From: a virus
Taxonomy: Duplodnaviria > Caudoviricetes
DNA: 44,808 nt
IMG/VR virus record: IMGVR_UViG_3300021082_000009
Coordinates: 1-44,808 of that record
Direction: 5' to 3' (one strand)
The notes beneath the pieces were generated by a model. That model was given only the letters and a program-made list of their open reading frames with translations. It searched no databases and was not told where the DNA came from. Positions 35,917 to 44,634 of this stretch are shown here, piece after piece (the stretch's first letter is position 1; the number at the start of each line of letters is the position of its first letter). A program made the position numbers and the translations under genes.

Positions 35917-36602
35917 TATGCTATCCCCTGTACTGCGATGGTACGAGCGCGGGCAGTGGCTGGCCCTGATGCGGTGATTAGGCCTGGGTCTTCGGTGGCG
36001 GCACGTAGCTTGCGCCGTGCAGTGTAGAGGTTCTGGTGAATGTCTTTTGTTGGTGTCGGGAGAAGATTGTAAGTGTTGCCGTAATTAGCTGGAAACCCGA
36101 TATACGTCTCACCGTTCGGTGTTCCGCCTGAACAGTAAATAAACCACAGTGTATTCTTTAATCCCCATGCAGGTGTAAGTGGCGGTGGGTCGTAAACTGT
36201 ATCAGTGGCAGCAGATACAACACTCGCTGACACTGGCACACCAACGTAGCCTCTTATACAGTAAACAACGCCAAGCAGGGTATAAACACCGGACAAATTA
36301 TAGATCAACGTGTCTGACCCACCACCTGTCGCAATCCTGTATTGCGCCGACAAGCTGTCCATTGTTGTCCAGGCTGATCCACCAAGACTTGACACGCCGC
36401 CTACGCCAACCAGCGACAACAACAAGTCACCGGCTCTAACGCCAGTTGGCATGTTCACGTTGTGCGTCGTTCCAGCAGGACTGCTAGTGGTCGCAACGCT
36501 TTTGACTATTGGAAACGACGGCCACACCTTCACACCAGCCGCATATACAGCGTCGGCATTAACACCACCGAGATAGATGTTGTCGGCGTCGTTGAGCTTC
36601 AT
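35916..36602 (-). CDS. Probable fibre-tip receptor-binding protein
   Basis: N-terminal IYLGG..ADAVYAAGVKVWP, followed by a beta-sandwich-like region (PTGVRAGDLLL). Confidence 0.6.
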   Translation of the reverse strand: MKLNDADNIYLGGVNADAVYAAGVKVWPSFPIVKSVATTSSPAGTTHNVNMPTGVRAGDLLLSLVGVGGVSSLGGSAWTTMDSLSAQYRIATGGGSDTLIYNLSGVYTLLGVVYCIRGYVGVPVSASVVSAATDTVYDPPPLTPAWGLKNTLWFIYCSGGTPNGETYIGFPANYGNTYNLLPTPTKDIHQNLYTARRKLRAATEDPGLITASGPATARARTIAVQGIA

Positions 36603-39007
36603 CCCACCACCACATATAGCTTGTTGGCATCAGGTGGCGTCAGCGCGTCGTAAGCAGCTTGCGTGATCTGCACCCAATCGCGGGCATCGACGTACTGCTT
36701 AGTGGCGGCGTGTAGCGCCAGTGTCGGATCAGCAGGCAGAAGGATCGGAGCGTAGGACGTTATCTTTGGCGCGCCTGCGGAGATCGTCCAGTTCATTAAC
36801 TTCGTACTATTTGCAACAACCGTAACACTCGCCAGCGCTTCGCGATAAAATCCGAGGCCGCTCTCAGACATAAACGTATGGCTGGGGCCTGCCAGCGAAC
36901 CGTCAGGTGTTTGTAGACCGCCGCTGGTTAGTGCGTGACGTAGCGTGCCAGCGATCACAACATTCACAGTGAAAGCAGACCAGTAAAACCCGGTGTTGGT
37001 TGATCCGGCAAAGTTTAATGCTGGAGCAGCCGTAGTGCCTGATGGCAGGGTCAACGGCACTGTTGAGGTGTGCACCGTGTCGGAGATTGTTAGCCGAGCC
37101 ACGTTACCGACAATCGCCGCCAGTGATGTGCTACTAGGTGAGTAGAACCCAACACCGTAACGGCCTAGCGTGACGCTTGGGGCTGTTAAAGTCCCGGTAG
37201 TAGTCCAAAACTCCACCCCTACATTCACGTCAGAGCTTGTGACGTTCAGCCGAGTTGTGCCTCCTACCGACACGATTACTGAGTTTGATGTCCCAAGAAG
37301 TCCAGTGGATGCTGTGCCGAAGTTGAGTGCCGTTACTGTCGCTGTTCCTGCTGGCAGCTTCAGCGGACCCGTCATCGTGTCGCCAGCTTTAGCAACCTTC
37401 TCTGTATCTAATTCAGCTATTGCAGCTTGTACGTCTGTAGCAGCTACACCTCCAGCCGGTGTGAATGTGATACCAGATGCAGTGCCACCACCTCCACCAC
37501 TACCACCACCAGAAGGATGAACGTGATCTTCGCGTGCGTACTTGAGTGAAACACCAACAGCAGCCGTACCTTCTACGAGCGGCGCAACTGTCGCTGGAGC
37601 AGGTCCACCTCCACCTCCACTAAGGCTATCAGCATATGCTTTAGTCGCAGCATGTAGTGGGTTAGTCGGTGCACCTGACAGTGTTAACAACCCTGTCATC
37701 ACATCGCCAGACTTAGCAACCTTTTCGTTATCAACCTCAGTTATAGCCCCTTGCACGTTAACAGCAGCAACATTACCGACTGGTGTGAATGAAGTAGTTA
37801 ATGCTGTACTACCAGCACTTGTCTTATTATCTACATATTGCTTAGTAGCTGCGTGTAGTGTGTTAGTTGGATCAGCATGAAGTGTTAAGTAGCTGGACAT
37901 AGTATCGCCAGCTTTAGCGACTTTCTCATTATCAAGTTCAGCTATGGCTGCTTGCACATCAGTGCTACTGATGTTGCCAACAGGTGTATATGTTATACCT
38001 GTTGCTGCACCTCCAGCACCTCCACTACCGCCACCAGCAGCTACCCAAACAGCGTCCTTGCGTCCATAGATTGTACCATCTACCGGCGCATCAGGGATGC
38101 CGAAGCGAGCATCTGCGTATTGCTTAGTTACAGCGTGCAGTGGTAGAGTAGGATCACCGCTCAATACGAGCGGGCCTGTCATAGTGTCACCACCTTTAAG
38201 CACGAAGAAGTCAGCATTAGGCACACGTACAGCTTGCACCCACTGTGTACTGTCGCCGTCATTATAGAGTATGAACAGTGTACCTACATCGCTCTCCCAC
38301 CACAGTGTGTTGAGAGGAACGCCTACAGGTGGTGTATCACCGATGTATATAGTAGGCTTAGCGTCTACATAGCCCTTAGTAGCACCATGTGTAGCACTGC
38401 TAGGTACAGCAGTAAGTAGCACCTGTGCGAACGTAGGTGTCTGTGTGATACCCAAGCCTAAGTTATCACGTGATGTTGAAACGTCAGCAACGTCTGACAG
38501 GTTATTATCAACTAACAACACCATGCTGCTAAAGCTGGTGAAGTCGAATATGGTTTGCCAGTACGCTATATCAGGTGGGAAAGTTGGGCCAGATGTATGC
38601 TTAGTTAAGCACAAGTAGTATGCAGTCACATCTACAGTTACGATGTCACCTGTTACATACGCAACATCAGGTAACCACTGCCCGCGGTATACGGGTGTGT
38701 TGCCTAGTTGCAGTGACCAATAGGTGGGATGTAGTACGCGATCTTCTTCAAATGTACCAGTAGATGCGCTGACGTGATCTACTAATGCTCTATATATATT
38801 ACCAGTGTCGCCGTCGAATGTACGATCACCGACTAAGTAGTGTATATTGTTAGTCCACTCACCGCGTAGCTCACCTGTACCTGTCTGTCTAAATAACGCA
38901 TCAACCATATTCCAGTTGGAATACTCAAGCGTATGCCAACGTGGTGTGTCGAAGTTAATAAGCTTGAAGTCGTAGTTAGGTGTGTAGCCGCGTATATTAG
39001 CTACCAT
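36599..39007 (-). CDS. Main tail fibre with CBM-like modules and internal repeats
   Basis: Likely start at ATG 39007. Two W..Y.VGD..Y modules, repeated DVQAAIAELDxEKVAKxGDxM and LHAATKxYxD units. Confidence 0.8.
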   Translation of the reverse strand: MVANIRGYTPNYDFKLINFDTPRWHTLEYSNWNMVDALFRQTGTGELRGEWTNNIHYLVGDRTFDGDTGNIYRALVDHVSASTGTFEEDRVLHPTYWSLQLGNTPVYRGQWLPDVAYVTGDIVTVDVTAYYLCLTKHTSGPTFPPDIAYWQTIFDFTSFSSMVLLVDNNLSDVADVSTSRDNLGLGITQTPTFAQVLLTAVPSSATHGATKGYVDAKPTIYIGDTPPVGVPLNTLWWESDVGTLFILYNDGDSTQWVQAVRVPNADFFVLKGGDTMTGPLVLSGDPTLPLHAVTKQYADARFGIPDAPVDGTIYGRKDAVWVAAGGGSGGAGGAATGITYTPVGNISSTDVQAAIAELDNEKVAKAGDTMSSYLTLHADPTNTLHAATKQYVDNKTSAGSTALTTSFTPVGNVAAVNVQGAITEVDNEKVAKSGDVMTGLLTLSGAPTNPLHAATKAYADSLSGGGGGPAPATVAPLVEGTAAVGVSLKYAREDHVHPSGGGSGGGGGTASGITFTPAGGVAATDVQAAIAELDTEKVAKAGDTMTGPLKLPAGTATVTALNFGTASTGLLGTSNSVIVSVGGTTRLNVTSSDVNVGVEFWTTTGTLTAPSVTLGRYGVGFYSPSSTSLAAIVGNVARLTISDTVHTSTVPLTLPSGTTAAPALNFAGSTNTGFYWSAFTVNVVIAGTLRHALTSGGLQTPDGSLAGPSHTFMSESGLGFYREALASVTVVANSTKLMNWTISAGAPKITSYAPILLPADPTLALHAATKQYVDARDWVQITQAAYDALTPPDANKLYVVVG

Positions 39008-39078
39008 GACATTGCCACCATAATATGATGTGGCAATGAAGCCAGCGCGCCTTGGCCGCTTGTGATGTGGTAGGTAGT

Positions 39079-39107
39079 TAGATAGCACATTTCTGTAACT
39101 CTGTCAA
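39079..39107 (-). promoter_or_regulatory. Internal sigma70-like promoter for the fibre/lysis/ejection genes
   Basis: TTGACA-17-TATCTA with TGTGC upstream of the -10, in the gap after the nozzle gene. Confidence 0.6.
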
Positions 39108-39128
39108 TGGCTTATACGCTGTATACGT

Positions 39129-41609
39129 CTATCCTCTTATTACGCTGCCACGTTGATACAAGAAGCTGAGTGCATTGATTGACAATGGCTTCACACTACT
39201 ACCAGTCATGCGTGCCTTCATCAACTTGAAGCGCATAGGCACCATCCACAACTTCTGCTCACGTGTACGTCTACCAGCACCATACACCTGTGCACCAGCA
39301 CCATATGCACCCGCGTCATTAGGTACAAAGGTTAGTTGTCTAGCTGGCTTAAGTTGACCTGTGGCTGCGTCCTTGTATATGTTGTCAGCGAACAGAGAGA
39401 GTGTGAACTGTGCCTCACCTACTGCATCTATGTGTGTGAAGCGCATAGCCTTTGCTATCTGTCGTGCACCGAAGTCAGCCCACGGTAGCTCCCATGTGAA
39501 GTCTATAGGTTCACCTAAGTACTCCTCCCAAGAGTCGATCTCCATTGCACGTGCTGTAGCGAAGTCGCTAGCGGTTGTTTGTACATCTACTATGCACTTA
39601 TACACTAGATCATCTGTGCTATCATATATACGGTCACCTACACGGTACTGCTGTCCACTCGTCCAATGCGGGAAGTCATACATACGAAACCAATCAGCAC
39701 TCACGTGGTGATCAGGTGAACCGTAGCGCATCATGTAGCCGTCAGGCGTGAATAGGTACGACCTACCTTCTACTGTGTTGCAGCCGCAGTTGAAGCGTAG
39801 GAACTTGTTAGTCTTGAACCTAGCCCACGCTGTAAGCTTTAGCTGTGGTACGTAGTGGTAGATGTACCCTATGGTGCCATCAATGACAGGCTCGATCTTC
39901 ACATTGTTACCACCACCACTAGTCGAACTGGGTGTTGATCCTACTGGCAATGTTGTACCTATAGACACTAGCAAGTAGTTCTCATTGAGCACACCCATGA
40001 TAGTGCGCTCGCCGTTGATGTTCGCAGCGATGATACCACTGAAGCCTGTAGCGTTGCTGATCTTAACTATGTCGCCCTGCTCAAGCTGATGATCATCTAT
40101 ACGCATGATGAGCGTTGACTTCATGAACTCATCATCAGCCATGTCATCATCGAAGTAGAATGGGTCAATCGTTAGTAGCCTATCGTCCTCTGTGTCGAAC
40201 TTAGGCATGTAGAAGTGTACACACTTATTCTTACCATCAAAGAAGCCGAACGTCTTAAGTCTCATTGTCTCCTTGCGTAGTCTACCGATGTGAGCCGACA
40301 TCATGCTCTCGATGTAATTGCTCACACGCTCAGGTACTACAGCGTTAGTTGTAGATGACAGCTTCGCACTAGGTACACCGTTGAAGTCGATCATGAACAC
40401 GTCGCTGCCTATCTCAACGATGCTGCGAGGTGCATTACTACCGAAGCTATTGAGCGTGTCTATAGGCTGTGGATCGTGTACATCGCCGCCGCTGATGGTA
40501 GCTGTAGTGCCATACTTCATCAGCGTGGTAGCTGTTGGCTGTATGACTAGCAATGTGTCTTTGATCGTAGCGAACCCACGCACCGTCTGCTCAGGACTAG
40601 CGACGATCTTGCTCATATCAATGTCTACACTGTCACCCGCACCGGGCGAATCTGAGTAGACCATTGATGTATCTTTGGCTGCTATGCGTATAGATGTAGT
40701 CCACTCAGGTTGTGTGAGTACCTCTGTATCATGTATAGTGAAGTACCTGAACGCTGACTTACACGCATCGAACGCTGGCACCTTAGCATTGCTGCTGCTA
40801 TTGCCTGGGTCTACTAAGTAGATCACCTTGTCATCACGTGTGAAGTCAATCGACAATGGCTTGTCTCTACCATTGCTGCATATCAACTCCTTACCGAATA
40901 TGTCACTAGCGATCATATCGGTGGCTGTCCACGCTATAGGTGCACCTGGCAATGCGAATGCTACAGCAGCACTCCATATACGCTGTGTATTCTTATCTCT
41001 ATCAACTGTGAATATCTCGCCTGTGCTAGTCCACACGACGATGTAGTTGGCGAAGTACTTGCACTCTATAGGCTCACCACCGAGCATGTGCGTGTCGATG
41101 CTGAAGTTTACAGTGTTAGCACCACTCACACCTGTGCCTGTGGCTGAGTTGGTGACTACTATCTCTACTGCGCCAGCGTTGATGACACGTCTAACGCTAT
41201 GCGTCCTATTCAACATCACAGGTGTCACACCGTTGTAGACACTAGTCCAACCGCTAATCGTGATGTGTGCTAATACGTTGGTGCCTGACAATCCGTGCGT
41301 GATATTGAGTACGACAACACGTGACTCTGACACGGTGCTGATAGTCATCAGTGCTGATGCGGGCTGCGTCTCATTGCCCTGCTTCAGCTTCAACCACATC
41401 TCATAGCCCTGGCGTGGGCCTACACGTCTATCTGTGTAAGTCACCATGTTGTCGAACACAGGTGCGAACTTACTCGTCAAGTTCTGCTCACTGTCAACGA
41501 CGTTCAGCCCACCACCGAAGTCACGTATGGTGACATTCTGCAGCTTAGGTGTAGGACGTGGCTTAGGTCTACCAGCTAGCTTCGCTTGTCTAGACAGCAT
41601 CTGCACCAT
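39129..41609 (-). CDS. Probable tail nozzle (tubular protein B/P22 gp10-like) with inserted domains
   Basis: N-terminal DFGGGLN, beta-propeller-like composition, position after the adaptor. Confidence 0.65.
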   Translation of the reverse strand: MVQMLSRQAKLAGRPKPRPTPKLQNVTIRDFGGGLNVVDSEQNLTSKFAPVFDNMVTYTDRRVGPRQGYEMWLKLKQGNETQPASALMTISTVSESRVVVLNITHGLSGTNVLAHITISGWTSVYNGVTPVMLNRTHSVRRVINAGAVEIVVTNSATGTGVSGANTVNFSIDTHMLGGEPIECKYFANYIVVWTSTGEIFTVDRDKNTQRIWSAAVAFALPGAPIAWTATDMIASDIFGKELICSNGRDKPLSIDFTRDDKVIYLVDPGNSSSNAKVPAFDACKSAFRYFTIHDTEVLTQPEWTTSIRIAAKDTSMVYSDSPGAGDSVDIDMSKIVASPEQTVRGFATIKDTLLVIQPTATTLMKYGTTATISGGDVHDPQPIDTLNSFGSNAPRSIVEIGSDVFMIDFNGVPSAKLSSTTNAVVPERVSNYIESMMSAHIGRLRKETMRLKTFGFFDGKNKCVHFYMPKFDTEDDRLLTIDPFYFDDDMADDEFMKSTLIMRIDDHQLEQGDIVKISNATGFSGIIAANINGERTIMGVLNENYLLVSIGTTLPVGSTPSSTSGGGNNVKIEPVIDGTIGYIYHYVPQLKLTAWARFKTNKFLRFNCGCNTVEGRSYLFTPDGYMMRYGSPDHHVSADWFRMYDFPHWTSGQQYRVGDRIYDSTDDLVYKCIVDVQTTASDFATARAMEIDSWEEYLGEPIDFTWELPWADFGARQIAKAMRFTHIDAVGEAQFTLSLFADNIYKDAATGQLKPARQLTFVPNDAGAYGAGAQVYGAGRRTREQKLWMVPMRFKLMKARMTGSSVKPLSINALSFLYQRGSVIRG

Positions 41610-42253
41610 TACGTCCACCTGTTGACAGTAGAGCGCGATGATAGCACTGTGTTGATTGGGATGTTGAATTGCTGTCTGTTGAATTGACTGAGTGCATCCT
41701 GAAACAGCATCTTGAACTTGTCACTAGCGCCTGGATTGGTGCCGTCGTCTTCTAGCACATCCCAGCAGCTACCTAGCAGTAGTAGTTGTGTGTCTAGGTA
41801 TATAACGTCGCTATCCTCTTCAAAGTCATTAGGCTTGGTGCGGTAGGTGATGTACACTTTGCCAGTTGTAGTAACAGGTAGTATCTTGAACCACTTCGCA
41901 TGGTTGGTAGCATTAGGTCGTATGCTCATGTAGTTGACATCTACATCGCGTACACGTGCTGGTGCGAGTGATATAGGTGAGTGTGCATTCTCACTGTATA
42001 CACTGTGTATGTCACGCCAATCTTTCACCTTGTCAGTGAGATCACCAACGATCATACCTGTAGTACCATCAAGGTAATGTTCCTCTTGATGTACTGTATA
42101 CTCAGGTAACCAATACTCCCTGAAGATCATATCGAACTTATGCTGCACAGCTAGCTGTATACGTGGCTCAGCATATATCTGTGCATCTAGCCCTTCAACC
42201 AAAGCTAGCCGCTGCAACACCTTAGTAACGATGTCGCCGAAGGTGATCATCAT
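41609..42253 (-). CDS. Probable head-tail adaptor (tubular protein A-like)
   Basis: ~214 aa starting TFGDIVTKVLQRL, helix-beta-helix layout; RBS AGGAG before ATG 42253. Confidence 0.6.
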   Translation of the reverse strand: MMITFGDIVTKVLQRLALVEGLDAQIYAEPRIQLAVQHKFDMIFREYWLPEYTVHQEEHYLDGTTGMIVGDLTDKVKDWRDIHSVYSENAHSPISLAPARVRDVDVNYMSIRPNATNHAKWFKILPVTTTGKVYITYRTKPNDFEEDSDVIYLDTQLLLLGSCWDVLEDDGTNPGASDKFKMLFQDALSQFNRQQFNIPINTVLSSRSTVNRWT

Positions 42254-42336
42254 ATGCTCCTGTAGTAGAGCAGCCCACACACTGTTACATGTGTGAGCCA
42301 CCCCGTTGTCTAGCTTACCGGGAGGGAGCTGCTAGA

Positions 42337-42573
42337 CTACTGCGGTTCATACAGATCGTCACTCTTAACGACCTTCTCACTGCCATCTTCAAAGATGAGT
42401 GTCACTTGGTCGTAAATAGTACTCAACTCGTAACCATCATCACCTTGTCGAGATGACCTACTAGCTACGATCTTCTTGTCAGCGAACGTAGTACGCAGCT
42501 TCTTCGGCTTCGCTGGTGCCTCTGTCGGTGTCTGTGCAGCATGTGGTGGTTGATAAGCAGGTTCTTTAGCCAT
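42337..42573 (-). CDS. Hypothetical protein (78 aa)
   Basis: RBS AGGAGGT. Confidence 0.75.
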   Translation of the reverse strand: MAKEPAYQPPHAAQTPTEAPAKPKKLRTTFADKKIVASRSSRQGDDGYELSTIYDQVTLIFEDGSEKVVKSDDLYEPQ

Positions 42574-42582
42574 TGTAACCTC

Positions 42583-43224
42583 CTAGACGATGACGTGTGC
42601 AGAACCATGCAGATTGCTGCGATCTACGAAGCATGAGAAGCGATACCAACGTGTACCATCTGGTGCCGCTGCTGGTGTATATATACCGCGTGGATCATTG
42701 CTTGTGAGTGTCTGCACGTTCGTACCAGCAACAAGCGCACCCGCTGCTGCTGTCACGTCGCTTGTCAACTCGCCAAGGATCGAGGTGTGCAACACTTTGT
42801 AAGGCACACCAAGGATGACACCAACGCCGATGCTGAACGTACCCGATGCTGGCACGGTGACATAGGCGATGTCTTTGAACATCTTCTTGCTGACAACTGC
42901 ACCAGCAATAAGCGTGACGTTCTCTTTGATTGCCTGACCGAGATAGTCATAGCCCACAATCACACCAGCACCACCGGCACCAGCAGTAACAGAGATGCTA
43001 CGACCATAACGACCCATCAAGAACTCAGTCTGTACTGCTGTAGGTACAACATTGCCAGCAGCGGCAAGAACTGTACCGTTGGCAAGCAGACCAGCACCCG
43101 CTGCAGCACATGCAGGGATGTCAACTGTAGTGATACCATCAATGCCAACGTCAGCCGCGTAGCACAACTGGTCTACACGGTTATTGACGCGGCGCATACC
43201 TGGGATAGCGACTTGTACGGCCAT
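42583..43224 (-). CDS. Probable capsid decoration/minor head protein
   Basis: A/G/V/T-rich beta protein two genes after the capsid gene. Confidence 0.5.
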   Translation of the reverse strand: MAVQVAIPGMRRVNNRVDQLCYAADVGIDGITTVDIPACAAAGAGLLANGTVLAAAGNVVPTAVQTEFLMGRYGRSISVTAGAGGAGVIVGYDYLGQAIKENVTLIAGAVVSKKMFKDIAYVTVPASGTFSIGVGVILGVPYKVLHTSILGELTSDVTAAAGALVAGTNVQTLTSNDPRGIYTPAAAPDGTRWYRFSCFVDRSNLHGSAHVIV

Positions 43225-43226
43225 TG

Positions 43227-43661
43227 TTAGTTGTCCTCATCAGTTGGTGGAACAGCAGCGAGCAGCTTCTCGATCACGTTAGGATCGTTCTCAAGTAGCT
43301 TGGTCACTGCGTCCAGGGCTTGTTGATGCTTAGTTGAGAGTGCAGCGTTAGACTGCTGCATTCCTAGAGGTGTATCATCGCCACCTTCTGCCACTAGTGG
43401 TATTAGGTTGCGATCAAGCTTCATCCGTACAATGTCCTCATGTGTGAGGAATACACTATCACCGCGGAGTGTACGTACCATGTAGCCGTCTACAACTACA
43501 TCAGTAGGTACAATGCGGAAGCCTATCTCATCCTTCACAGTGCGATTGACCACGCTGTGACGCTTCATAGGCTCAATCGTGTATGCAGGCACAGCTTTAC
43601 GCTGTTGCTCCATACTAAGTGCTTGCATGGGTCGCTCAGCGAAGCTGACTACTTCTGCCAT
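43227..43661 (-). CDS. Hypothetical protein (144 aa)
   Basis: RBS TAAGGAG directly after the capsid stop. Confidence 0.75.
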   Translation of the reverse strand: MAEVVSFAERPMQALSMEQQRKAVPAYTIEPMKRHSVVNRTVKDEIGFRIVPTDVVVDGYMVRTLRGDSVFLTHEDIVRMKLDRNLIPLVAEGGDDTPLGMQQSNAALSTKHQQALDAVTKLLENDPNVIEKLLAAVPPTDEDN

Positions 43662-43671
43662 TGTAGGCTCC

Positions 43672-44622
43672 TTAATCGTTGACTACTGCGTGTGTGCGAT
43701 ACTGCTTCCACGTGCAGAACTGGCACTGCGTGATGACACGTTGTCCATAGCCGTCAATCGTCCACGGTGCAGTGAGATCAACATTCTTCATGTTGTTGTC
43801 ACCGAGGATGTGCAGACGGAGGTAGGTGTCATTCAAGAAGTACGCGCGGTCAACGGGGCAGCTTTCATCATAGATGATCGGCACACCGTTGTGTGAGATA
43901 CCATCAAAGCCTAAGTCCATCATTCTCTTACCAGCACCTGTGTTATTGAGAGGGATGGTAAGCTTGCTGCGAACAGCAGCCCTATACAGGCGATAGTGGT
44001 TACGACCCGCGATGATGACCTTGGGACGCTCTGTACCTTGTTTGAGATCAAGAAGTACGTCGTCATATGCTTCTTCGATGTTTGTACTGTTGAGAGTACC
44101 TGCGAAGTCATAGGACGAAGAACGCCATTGCACTTCTGCCGCACGATCCACACCGGCAAGAGAACCAGTAGTAGGATCATCAGGTATAAGCAGTGCCAGA
44201 CCATTCGGATCGTTGCCGCCACCCAAGCCGTACAGGTAGCTGCTGAACTTCTCCTTGATTGAGAGTTCAAGAGCTTCAAGCTTGCCCTGCAACAACTTAA
44301 CTGCAGCCTGTTCACCTTTATTCTCGTCTTCTTCCTGATTAGAGATGATGACAGTACCAGCGATACGGGACCAGCGATATTCAAGCTTGATGAACTCTTG
44401 CGTCTGCTGCACTGGCAACGAGTCGTAATAGCTGTAGCTACCTACAGTTGGATTGCGACCTGTCAACAGTGGGTTCGTGATGTTGTAACCGCTCGACTCG
44501 TTCTCGATACGGTCACGTGCAAAACACCACGCCATGAGCGCGTTGCTCTGCATAGCTGCAACGATGAGCTTCTTACGTGAACGCTCAATCGTCGTCGCCA
44601 AGACGTTTTGAAGTACGGGCAT
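43672..44622 (-). CDS. Major capsid protein (316 aa)
   Basis: Follows the scaffold; HK97-fold-like features (long helix ending YLYGLG..NGL, P-domain GVPIIYDESCP..AYFLN). Confidence 0.82.
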   Translation of the reverse strand: MPVLQNVLATTIERSRKKLIVAAMQSNALMAWCFARDRIENESSGYNITNPLLTGRNPTVGSYSYYDSLPVQQTQEFIKLEYRWSRIAGTVIISNQEEDENKGEQAAVKLLQGKLEALELSIKEKFSSYLYGLGGGNDPNGLALLIPDDPTTGSLAGVDRAAEVQWRSSSYDFAGTLNSTNIEEAYDDVLLDLKQGTERPKVIIAGRNHYRLYRAAVRSKLTIPLNNTGAGKRMMDLGFDGISHNGVPIIYDESCPVDRAYFLNDTYLRLHILGDNNMKNVDLTAPWTIDGYGQRVITQCQFCTWKQYRTHAVVND

Positions 44623-44634
44623 CTGTGGATCACC

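Noticed and set aside
34513-39007. Diversity-generating retroelement or invertible tail-fibre switch
   Set aside because: No reverse transcriptase or recombinase was recognised, and I saw no near-identical TR/VR pair or flanking inverted sites.
1020-44622. Numerous antisense and alternate-frame ORFs of 60-190 aa inside long genes
   Set aside because: Shadow ORFs expected from codon bias; none has an RBS plus a recognisable motif.
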